64,000 nucleotides of DNA, taken from the IMG/VR virus record IMGVR_UViG_3300013830_000002, positions 32,001 to 96,000 of that record; one strand, given 5' to 3'. Position 1 is the stretch's first letter. Each line of letters opens with the position of its first letter. Of the stretch, positions 20,699 through 31,071 are shown in pieces. The translations under genes were made by a program, and so were the position numbers. Source of the DNA: a virus. Lineage: Duplodnaviria > Caudoviricetes. The notes below the pieces were generated by a model. It saw only the letters and a program-made list of their open reading frames with translations. It had not been told where the DNA came from and ran no database searches.

Positions 20699-20852
20699 AC
20701 AAGATTTGAAAGACCTTCTTTTGTTTGCACAGTCTCAATCTCTGATGTCAAAACCTGTTACAGAGGTAGTTCCATTATGGGATAAATGGCTTAGGGAATA
20801 CTTTGAGGACTGCGAAGCAGACTATTGGATAGGTCAAAATGATTTATGTTAA
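20691..20852 (+). CDS. hypothetical protein
   Basis: MNRQDLKDLLLFAQ..; ATG internal to ORF 20625..20852. Confidence 0.5.
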   Translation: MNRQDLKDLLLFAQSQSLMSKPVTEVVPLWDKWLREYFEDCEADYWIGQNDLC

Positions 20853-20976
20853 TGTACTATGACATATTTGGATAAGTATCCTGCTTGCAAGGGCTGCCCA
20901 CTGACTAAGTGGTGTGGCTCTGCTGTAAGCAGTGCAAGATGCTGCAATTCATACTCATCTATACTTAATTGGAAAG

Positions 20977-21183
20977 ATGACAGAGTTTGTGTTGCATGAA
21001 AAAGAAGAAGCCAAGGCACAAGAGTTTATAAGCAAACATAAACTCTGTGCTAAAAGGCATCCGACTACAATAGGGGGTCATATTACCTATAAGTTTACAC
21101 CTACCTCAATCGGGGTAGGTGTTTCCATCTATTGCAGTTTATGTGGAAAAGAAGAAAACATAACTAACTACAGCCTATGGTAA
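20977..21183 (+). CDS. small zinc-binding phage protein
   Basis: H..C..IGG.ITYKFTPTSIG....CSLCG..ENIT.Y..W. Confidence 0.7.
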   Translation: MTEFVLHEKEEAKAQEFISKHKLCAKRHPTTIGGHITYKFTPTSIGVGVSIYCSLCGKEENITNYSLW

Positions 21184-21346
21184 TACTTCTTAGTCTGTTT
21201 TTCTTGTATATGCTTTTTGCCTTGGCTATGATGATAACTTTAGCAGCTTGCCATGAAAACTGGAAGACAGTATTAATCTGGGGAACACTGTGGCCAACTT
21301 ACTTATATAAGTTGGTTAGCAGTATTAATAATAATGTTAATGAATT

Positions 21347-21871
21347 ATGAATATAGCTTTAGTTGCCCATGACGGGCGTAAAAAAGAACTTCTTGAATGG
21401 GTTAAATATAATGCAGAGGCACTGATGAAGCATCAGTTATTTGCAACTGGTACAACTGGAAAGCTCATTCAGGAAATGTTTATAGAAAATGATGATAGTA
21501 ATATGTTTCCTCTTGGAACCTCTGAGAAGAAAACATACTATGAGCAAAAGGTTACAAGGCTTTTATCTGGTCCACTTGGTGGGGACCAACAGATAGGCTC
21601 AATGATAGCAACTGGCAAGATTGATGTACTTATTTTTTTCTGTGATAATCTGCTAATGCAGGGGCATCAAAATGATGTGAGTGCATTATCAAGACTTGCT
21701 TCTCTGTATAATATACCTTTTGCTACCAATAGAACAACTGCAGATATGATTATGACTTCTCCGTTATTTGGAAATCCTGAATATAAGAGAGTCATTCCAG
21801 CTTCTATAGATAACTATGCTAACCGTCAATTAAACACAGCTAATGTTAAGAATAGTAAGAAAGTGGAATAG
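21347..21871 (+). CDS. mgsA: methylglyoxal synthase
   Basis: IALVAHD..K, ATGTTG, SGPLGGDQQIG, H..DV.AL.RLA, ATNRTTAD. Ends at TAG, or at TGA 21877 if read through. Confidence 0.92.
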   Translation: MNIALVAHDGRKKELLEWVKYNAEALMKHQLFATGTTGKLIQEMFIENDDSNMFPLGTSEKKTYYEQKVTRLLSGPLGGDQQIGSMIATGKIDVLIFFCDNLLMQGHQNDVSALSRLASLYNIPFATNRTTADMIMTSPLFGNPEYKRVIPASIDNYANRQLNTANVKNSKKVE

Positions 21872-22316
21872 GCCTGATTACTGTATAGGCAAACTTTATT
21901 TAGACAATAAATATATTTGTGATACTCTTGAAGACACTGACAGAGGACTACATTAGTAGATGTCAGAAGCCGAAATAAAGGCTAAAAAAGTTTATGGAAA
22001 AACTGCTGTTCCTGTAGGAACCTATAAGGTTGATATGACAATATCTCCTAAATTTGCATCGCGGATATGGGGAAAGCATTATAATGGAAAAGTTCCTCAG
22101 TTATTAAATGTGCCTGGATTTGATGGAATTCGTATACATCCTTTGAACACAGCTGCTGATAGCCTCGGATGTATTGGGTTAGGACAAAATAAAATTAAAG
22201 GTAAAATAGTCAATTCTACCAATACCTATTATAATGTAGTAGACAATTATATTATGCCAATAATTAGAAAAAAGGAAAAAGTATTATTAAGGATTGAGAG
22301 AGAATTTTATGTGTGA
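21843..22316 (+). CDS. DUF5675 family (L,D-transpeptidase-like) protein; TAG TAG = Gln Gln
   Basis: IGKLYLDNKYICDTLEDTDRGLH**MSEAEIKAKKVYGKTAVP..GIRIHPLNTAADSLGCI. Confidence 0.85.
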
Positions 22317-23169
22317 TAATAGAGACTCTAAAGGAAGATTTATAGAGGTACGATAGGAAACACCTGAAGAAAAAGCTAAAAGAATTGCAGCTATAGTAGC
22401 AACTAGACAAGCTAATCCCTCTTATCAAGCCCGTAGAAATTATCCTCAAATTTTTAATTCTTGGAGAGCTTTACAACATACTGTTAAAGGTAAATCTATA
22501 GGCTGTACAACATCTGAATGGAAAAAATTTATAAACTTTTTTAACGATGTAGTTACAACATGGAAGCCAGGATTAGAGTTTCATAGAATAGATACGTCTA
22601 AACCTTTTTCTAAAGATAATTTTACTTGGATGACTCATGAACAAGCCTCAACATAGGATAGAAAAAACTTAGTTTATCTTGATTATAAAGGCGAGAAATT
22701 AACTTTAAAGGATGCTGCTATTAAATATGATTAGCCATATAATGCTTTACGACAACGATATCACAAGGGTAAAAATTATACTGTAGAGTAGATTATATTT
22801 GGCAAAAGCGCCAATCATAATAATAAAAAGGTTAAATAGGCAATTCCTAATAGTTAGAAAGAAAGAGATAAAGCAAGTAAAATGATTGCTTAGTATAAAT
22901 TAAAGGATAAAAAGAAAGGACTGTCAATATGTGATTTTGATATTGATTGGATGATTTCTAATATTTTACGTAAACCGTGCATTTATTGTGGAGATACCCA
23001 TAGAATAGGGGCAGACAGAATAGATAATGAAAAAGGACATACTAAAGATAATGTTGTACCTTGTTGTTATGAATGTAATTGCACAAGAAATAATAATTTC
23101 TCATTTGAAGAAATGAAAATTTTAGGAAAAATTATTAGGTAGATAAAACAAAATAGAAAAAATGATTAA
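22309..23169 (+). CDS. HNH endonuclease with tandem HNH-like domains (8 TAG=Gln)
   Basis: Single 286-aa frame under code 15; HRIDTSKPFSKDN and CIYCG..DRIDNEKGHTKDNVVPCC..CN. Confidence 0.85.
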
Positions 23170-23176
23170 GTGATTT

Positions 23177-24538
23177 ATGTTAATTAGTTTGTCAAAACAG
23201 GGAACATCTGAATATTGCATTGATGTAGTAAAAATTGGTCAGGTGTTTCCGATTGAAAATTCTGATTTTTTAGCTTACACCAAGGTATTTAATGATATTA
23301 TTGTTGTAAGAAAAGACCAAGTGCATGAAGGAGACTTGATGTTCTATGCTTCAAACGAGTGTCAATTAAGCAAAGAGTTTTTGTCTGTGAATAATATGTT
23401 CAGGCATGGGGAGCTTAATACTAACCCAAATCAGACAGGATTCTTTGAAGATACTGGAAGAGTAAGGGCAATCAAGCTCAGAGGAATAAGAAGTTCTGGT
23501 TTTCTGTTTGGACTTCCTGAAATGCAAAAGTTCTGTCCAGAATTTACGGAGGAAGAAATGCAGTAGATTATTAATGTTGACTTTGATACTGTAAAAGACA
23601 AGCTTCTTGTCAAGGCTTATATTCCCTATACAAAAACCCCTCGGTCAAGTAATCAGATAAAAGAAAACAAAGCTGACAAGAAGTATGACCGTCTTGTAGC
23701 TGGAGAATTCCTGTTTCACTATGATACTGGAATGCTTCAGAAAGAGATTTATAAAATCAAACCTGATGATAAAGTAAACATTACTGTCAAACTTCATGGA
23801 ACTTCAGCCATATTTGCAAATGTTCCTGTTAAAGTGTATAGTAAGAATCCTATCATCAGATTTATAAACCTGTTCAGAAAGAAACCAATTTATAAAATAG
23901 CAAACGGTAATCTCTGTGCATCAAGGAGAGTTATCAAGAATAGGTATATAAACAAACATTTGACAAAAGGATTCTATAGTTAGGATATTTGGGAAATATA
24001 TAATAACTGGCTTAAAGACTATATTCCTGCGGGTATGACAATTTACGGTGAAATCTGTGGATTCCTACCTGATGGAAGTCCTATTCAAGGTGCTTATGAT
24101 TATGGTAATAGACCTAAGCACTCCTTCCTTATGATTTATAGAATCACCACTGATGAACAGAATGGAAAAAAAGAATGGGAAATCTCAGAAGTTAAGAAGT
24201 TTACTCTTAACTTAATGAAACTTGTTCCAGAAAACGAAAATCTAAGTATTCATCCTATAGATATTCTTGCGGAAGACTCACTTAGAAATCTTTATCCTGA
24301 TGTTCCTGTGTCAGGGCATTGGAATGAGGAGATAATTGATGCTTTACGAAAAGATGAAAAATTAGGGCTTGAAAAGATGGAACCTCTCTGTAGAAATAAA
24401 GTTCCAAGAGAAGGTATTGTTGTAAGAAAAATTGGTGATGTCATTCCTGAGGCTTGGAAACTAAAAGCAATTGCTTTCCTAAACAAAGAAGCTAAGGAAA
24501 TTGACAAAGGCAATACTAATATGGAAATGAATCAATAA
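23177..24538 (+). CDS. ATP-dependent RNA ligase (DRB0094/Rnl2-like; 2 TAG=Gln)
   Basis: Three same-frame ORF pieces joined at TAGs; RVRAIKLRG, TVKLHGTS (motif I), IYGEI, REGIVVR, WKLK. Confidence 0.87.
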
Positions 24539-25029
24539 TGTCCTTAAAATATGTTGATGTAGCAGTAACTTTTGCGGAAATACCTGATGAGACAACTCTG
24601 GCAATAAATATATCAAATTGTCCATGTCATTGTGAAGGGTGTCATTCAAGCTATTTAGCTGATGATATTGGCACTGTGCTTACAGAAAGTGAGCTTGAAA
24701 AGTTAATAAAGGACAATGATGGAATTACATGTGTTTGTTTTATGGGTGGGGATGCTGACCCAGAAAGAATAAACCATTTAGCAGAGTTTGTACGAGAAGA
24801 ATTTCCTGACCTTAAAATAGGGTGGTATAGTGGAAGACCTGAGCTTAGCCATGATATTAGGAAAATAAATTTTGACTATCTCAAAATAGGACCATATATA
24901 CCAGCATTGGGACCTTTGAACAAAAGAATTACTAATCAAAGATTATATCTAATCGAACAAAATTATAGTACCTCAAAGTGTATAGTTATGAGGGACATAA
25001 CAAGTAAGTTTTGGAAGAAAAAATGCTAA
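24538..25029 (+). CDS. nrdG: anaerobic RNR activating enzyme (radical SAM)
   Basis: CPCHCEGCHS, CFMGGD, KIGPY..TNQR. Confidence 0.92.
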   Translation: MSLKYVDVAVTFAEIPDETTLAINISNCPCHCEGCHSSYLADDIGTVLTESELEKLIKDNDGITCVCFMGGDADPERINHLAEFVREEFPDLKIGWYSGRPELSHDIRKINFDYLKIGPYIPALGPLNKRITNQRLYLIEQNYSTSKCIVMRDITSKFWKKKC

Positions 25030-25472
25030 GTAATACAATAAACAACAAAATTATAGAAGCACGCCGTAATTCTGACAGTGTAAGACTTACAGTATTGCAA
25101 CAGATTAAAGCAGCTTTTATGAATAAGGCTACCGAGCCAAAAAGAAAGTCACATGAGCTAACAAGTGATGAGGAAAATAAAATTCTTCTGAAGCTAGTTA
25201 AAGAGCATGAAGACTCAATTAATCAGTATAAAGCAGCAGGAAGGGAAGACCTTGTGAAATCAGAAACAAAAGAGCTTAATATTCTTAATGAATATGCTCC
25301 AAAAATAGCTTCTGCACAAGAAGTAGCGGATTATACAGATTTCTTGCTTGATTCTGAATTTGATGAGCCATCTATGAAAATAATGGGTCAGCTTATGAAG
25401 AAAGTAAAGGAGAAATATTCTACTGCTGATGGTAATGTAGTAAGACAAACATTACAAAAGAGAGTAAAATAA
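25023..25472 (+). CDS. GatB/YqeY domain protein
   Basis: LVKEHEDSINQYKAAGREDLVKSE..E..IL..Y.P..MGQLMK....ADG. Confidence 0.85.
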   Translation: MLSNTINNKIIEARRNSDSVRLTVLQQIKAAFMNKATEPKRKSHELTSDEENKILLKLVKEHEDSINQYKAAGREDLVKSETKELNILNEYAPKIASAQEVADYTDFLLDSEFDEPSMKIMGQLMKKVKEKYSTADGNVVRQTLQKRVK

Positions 25473-25531
25473 AAAAAAATAAGAGGTAACTGGAGAGAGC
25501 AGAAAGCTTTCTCTGGTTGCCTCTTTTTTTT
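25471..25531. terminator. bidirectional intrinsic terminator between convergent arms
   Basis: A-tract, stem AAGAGGTAACTGGAGAGAGC / GCTTTCTCTGGTTGCCTCTT, T-tract. Confidence 0.85.
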
Positions 25532-25538
25532 GATTTGC

Positions 25539-26351
25539 TTATTTGCTTTTTGAGAATGGAACCACTCCAAAATATGCTCCACATTTTGTACACTTGAATA
25601 TAGGTTCTCCTTGTAGAAAAACACCTATTTTACCACCACATTTAGGGCATATTTCAGGAACAGTTTCACCCTTGTCATTCTTTCTTAGTTTTCCACCTTT
25701 TTTGAATGAAATAAATCTAAGAAGCCCTCCCAGTTTCTGAGAAGGAAGAATAACAGGTTTAGCCACTCTTAAAGCATCAGGCTACTCAACTGTATGCTAG
25801 CTAACATAATCAACTGCGGGCTCAGGGTTAGTATACACTGACTTATAATAGGAATCGAAAGCACTGTCATATACATTTCTGGGTGCTGCATTCCATGCTC
25901 TTACACCAGCACGTTCAGTCCAGTTGAAGAAATTTCTTGTAGAAGGATTCCTGTAGGATTTATTAAGCAAATTTGCCTCATATCCAAGAACTCTGTTATC
26001 TTTATATTTAGCAGGATTCTAAGCCATATCATAAATCATGTCTATTTGTTGTTTGGCATTGTAATTTCTTGGAATCCAAGTTGCTTGAATCAGCCCATAA
26101 TGACTGCCTCTTCTTGCATTATGAATCATTCCACTTTCCTGCATTGCATTAGACAGAACACTTCTTGTAAATTCAAAAGGAACTCCAAGTTCTCTACCTC
26201 TTGTAATAGCATAATTTACAGTATCTCTTACTGCTTGCTCAGAAAGTTTTCCTTTTCTTTTAGAAAGACTTGCATACAGTGCTTTCCAAGCAGCATTAGT
26301 ACCCTCCTAAGCTATAAGGATTCCTCCATTTTTAAATATCAAAAAACTCAT
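25539..26351 (-). CDS. lysozyme-like (phage tail lysozyme) domain + C-terminal zinc ribbon (4 TAG=Gln)
   Basis: 270 aa; SNAMQESG...HYGLIQ; CPKC..CTKC. Confidence 0.72.
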
Positions 26352-26390
26352 TACTTATATTCTTTTTAGTTAGTATTACTTATCTATTTA

Positions 26391-26452
26391 CAATAATATC
26401 GAATTTAAACAAAAAATCCGAGATAGTTTTTATGCTATCTTGGATTATTTTT
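26391..26452 (-). terminator. intrinsic terminator overlapping a putative promoter for the downstream gene
   Basis: Stem AATCCAAGATAG / CTATCTCGGATT with T-tract, followed by AAATTCGATATTATTGTAAATAGATAA. Confidence 0.7.
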
Positions 26453-26463
26453 TTATTTTATTC

Positions 26464-29400
26464 TTAACTAGCAGATTTAGTATCTCTTTCATACATTGCC
26501 CAAGAATCTTTCATACTTCTGAAGAAAGCTTGACTTCCAGAGATTGTTTGCTTAAGTGTTTTGCCCCCAAAGAATAAATTATAGCTGTCATTAAGAATTT
26601 TACTTTGCACTTTATAAGTAGCAGGATTTGTTGAATTTCCAAGATATTCTACTATATTTAAAGGACCTTTGAATGTATCATAAGAACTGCCTGCACCTTT
26701 ATATATAAGTTCAACTCCTATATTTGCAAGCATATCCTTACCATCATCATTTTTCTTGTGGTCTTTATACGCTGGGTCTAAGAACATTTTAAACAAGGCA
26801 GAGAAGAACATCATTACCAGCAAATCAGTAAGAAGCCTTCTGTAATTAGCTCTGTTTCTTTCGTTTGCCCAGACAGTATTCTTGAAGTTTTTCCATCCTC
26901 CTGACAAACCGTCATCATCTACTCCGTTTACAAACTCTTTTAATGACTCAGCAAGTGTTTGCTTAATGCCCTATACCATTATAGGACAAGTTTTCATAAC
27001 AGGAACACCAGTGTCTTCTGTAGTTGTATTTCCATTAGGTAAAAAGAACAAAGGCTAGCCATTATAGTCTGTTTCCTGCATAGTCACAAGCTCACTTTGG
27101 CTTATTTGTCTGCCCTTAAAGTAGTTATCAGTAATACCATTCATCCAGGTAGAATAAAAGCAGAAGTTTCTTCCAATAGCAGTTTGCTCATATTTAGCTT
27201 TTGAACTATCATCATAAGCACCATAAATACTCTCTGAAATAGTTTTTATTGCTCTGATTTCTGTAGGAGTGTATGCATCAGGTAAGTCATCAGTATAAGC
27301 CAAATCAGTGCCATTTTCAATATTGAAAGCCCTTATTTTTGAAAAATATAATGACTGCTGTTTTTTATACTCAGGATTTGATGTATCTCCTGAAGCATAA
27401 ACTGAGAATCTTTTGTCCTTTCTCCAATCATATTTAATACGTTTTGTTTTACTGTCCAAAGAATAAGCATCATAGGCTCCATCGTGATGAAGCTTGGCAA
27501 TAAACAAAGTCATTCTGTTTAAATAGTCAGGAGCTCGTAATGTCCAATATAACCAGTTTTCACCATTAAGAATACCATATCTGCTGGATTTTAATCTTTC
27601 TGCTACACGAGCTGCATCAAAGTTGGAAAATCCGTATTTAACATTAAACTGATTAAACATTGTCATAGAATCAAGATTTTTCATGCTATCCTTAAACACC
27701 ATTCCATAGGCAAATGCTACGTCAGAAGCATTAATATCAGTTTGAAACTTAATTGCAGCCATTAAAAAGTTTTCTTGTAATCCCTGCAGAGTATCACGAA
27801 CAGCTCCTGCAGGATTAGCAGGGATGTACAAAGCAGTAACCATTTTTTTAAGAGGTCTTAGATAAGTATCGATAGCTTGTGTTTCTGGAGTCATTATTGA
27901 TTTTCCATAAACATTTTGATTAATGAAATCATCAATAGTCTTAATAGTATGATTTACCCCAGCAGTGTCTCCTTCAGCAACCCCCTTCAAAATGAGTCCA
28001 GTTTCAATGGCTTTTACCCTCATTAAAAGTTTGTTAAATTCATCACATTTAACATCCTCTTGCAAAAAATCAACAAAGATATTTTCAAGATTGGTTTCAA
28101 AATAGGATTCTCCTTTTTCATCAATCATCAAATCTCTTTCTGGTAAACTGGTTTCAGAACGAGTATATTTGTTATAGGTTCTCATCCCAGCAATAGCTTT
28201 ATCCCTGTTTTCAACATCCCCCTTACTTATAAACCCTGCTACCTCATCAATGACTTCCTTAGGATGCTGGGCAAATCTGGCAGTAGTTTTAACCCAGTCA
28301 ACAACCTGTTTTTTAAGTCCTCCATTAAGGGCATTCATTCTATGAGTTGCAGAGGATGCTCTTTGTAAAGGCACAAAAAGATAGTCAGCGGGCATTTCAG
28401 TTCTGAGTTTGCTGTCATTAGGACCTGTTATGTCACAAGGTTTGTGGTGCATATCACATTTGACTCTATAGAACTGGTAAAGTATGTTTTTAAGAAACCT
28501 TCTTTCATAATCCTTTAGGTAGTTTGTATTGCCTTCCTGTTCATAAGGATTTTTTAGAAGAAAAGTATTACTTCCATCGTCAGCCAGCTAGTATAAATTA
28601 TTATATAGACGAGCTTGGTCTCCAATAACTTTTCCTTCAACAGAAGTAAATCCAGCATCAGCATAAAATTGCTTGAATACTGGCATTACATCATCAAAGA
28701 ATCTGTCAAGTACCCTTGCCCTGACATTATCAATGGATTTCTAAAGAAGGTAGCCAACACGTCTGACATTACTGTTATTGATAGAAGTTGTTTTCATGAA
28801 GTATTCCTGCATAACACTGAACTGTTCATTGGTCATCGAAACATCACCATAATATTTTGAAAGGGCTTGTGTAGCTTCTATGTAAAGCTTTGCAATAATA
28901 ATATTTCGGGGACTTCCTTTACCTTGTACAAGGTCAGCTAATGCTTGAGGATTGCTGATGTCAATATTATTACTTTCTGCAATTGAGGTAAGCCTGTCTA
29001 CCAATTGACGAAGCTTCTGCATTTTCTGTTCAACAGTCTCCACTGTCATAAGGCCATCAGTGGTGAGACCTCCTGCATCTTTCTTTCCTTCAAAAATTTC
29101 ACCTAAGTTCTTGATTTCTGTCATATCAGAAACCATTTGATTATTCAAAATGTCTTTCCAGGTTTGATAAACTACTTCCTCAGCAGATACACATTTAATG
29201 TTATTTTTCCTGAAATTATTTTGGATATTAGCTGGAGTATTGCTATTTACAACAGAGATAATCTGCTGCCATACTGGAAGAAGCTGGTCAAATTCATAAC
29301 TTACGGCTTTTTTAGATGAGCCCCCACCCAAGCCAATAACTTGCAGGTTTCCTAATGTAATATCACCCAATGCTTTAGATTCCACTATTTGATTGATAAG

Positions 29401-31071
29401 TGCCATTGTCCTGATAGCATTTATATTTCCATAGGTACTTTTCATCTGAAAACCTAAATTGTTGGAATCAGGTAAATAAAATCCAAGAAGATTATCTCTT
29501 CTTTTGAATTGATACTTTATATCAGGGCTAATTCCAGTAATAGTAAAAACATCTATTTGTCCTTCCTTATTTTTAAACATTATAATATTAGCTTCATCCA
29601 AGGCAGGAATCTCAATTAATTTCCATTTGTAGTTACCATCAGAATCCTTTTCATAATATTTAGAAAATTGTCCTTGAAGATAAGCTGCATCAGGACCTTT
29701 GATATTAAGAGCAAAGAAATCCTTTCCGTAAGCTTCTTGTAAGGCGGTTCTGATAAAGTGAGCACTTTGATTTCCTGAAGAAGCATCAATTATCTTTCCG
29801 ATTCTGGCTTGTATAAGCTTTACTAATTCAGCATTATGGGAGCCTTTTCTAACATCAGACAAGGTAAAGGTTTCCTGTGTTTGAGGAATAGTGATTTCCA
29901 TTTTACCATCTTCTGTTTTGTTGTAGTAAAAATGCTTCCAATTGGCATCAATCCATTCTTCGGCAGTCATCATCATACCCTCAGCCATTACATTTTTTCC
30001 TGGGAAAATATGCTTAAGCTACTCAGACACCTTTACTAAATCAGAGCTTCTTACTGCTTCAGTATTAATATTAGACTCTATAAACTATTTAGCTGCCCTG
30101 TCATATTTATCAAATGTATATTGAGTACCATTATAGGTAACATTTTTCTCCTGCTCAACGTTAATACTCTCTATACCATTAAAATCCTCATCGTATTTTA
30201 TCTGAACAGGGATAATGTGCATTACGATGTAGTTAGTAGAAATACCATGATTTGCAAGCATCTGTTTAAGCAGGGCTAATTGATATTTATACTTCTGCAT
30301 TTTAGCTGCTGACCATGTGTTGAAGGGCTCTGTAGAAGTCTTTACATTATAGAGTTCAATTTCTCCATTTTCCTTTACTACCAGATAATCAATGTGTCCG
30401 AGAATTTTTTCAGTCATTCCTTTCAGTTCAGACTCAAAATTAAGATTTTTAATAACCTTACCACCACCTGTTTTATCTGCTTTTCTTCCATGATTTTTCA
30501 TTACTTCTTTCCAGATGGCACCTTCAGCATCAATAACTTGCTGAGTGGCCTCATCAAAAGCAGTACCTTTAGTTGCTTTTACCCACTCCTCGTAACTACT
30601 TTGATTATCATGCCCCATAATAAGTTTATGAAAAACAGTTGCATTTTCAGCAATGTCCTCCCATTTGCTCTTAATAGTGGACGCCCAAGTTTTCATTTCT
30701 TCTTCTGACTTTCCAGCTTTAATCTGTTGCTCAACAACTCTGGCAATATAGTCATCAGGATTAAGTCTGAACATAAAGGGATTCCCCTCAACATCCTTAA
30801 AGTACTCTGAATCAATAAATGTCTAGGTAGTAAAATGCTCTTTGTCACTTTCCAAGTCAGGACTTCCGTCTATCATGTGCATATTCTGATGGTCCAGTTT
30901 AGCACTCTTTTTAAAGGCAACGATTCTATCATACACAGCTCCTTGAATATCGGCATCATCAAGACTAAACAGAATATCAGTTGCAGTGGCTCCATTATTG
31001 ATAATCTCATTAATCAATTCTGTATATGACTTATATTGCTTTCCATTATATAAATAAATACATTTAGGCAT
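26464..31071 (-). CDS. ~1535-aa virion/ejected protein with degenerate PD-(D/E)xK domain (TAG=Gln)
   Basis: ORF pieces 31071, 30774, 29988, 28452 and 26907 share one frame and break at TAG; GHIDYLVV..IELYNVKTS..KYKYQL. Confidence 0.85.

Noticed and set aside
505-25624. Short - strand ORFs across the + arm
   Set aside because: Shadows of well-supported + strand genes
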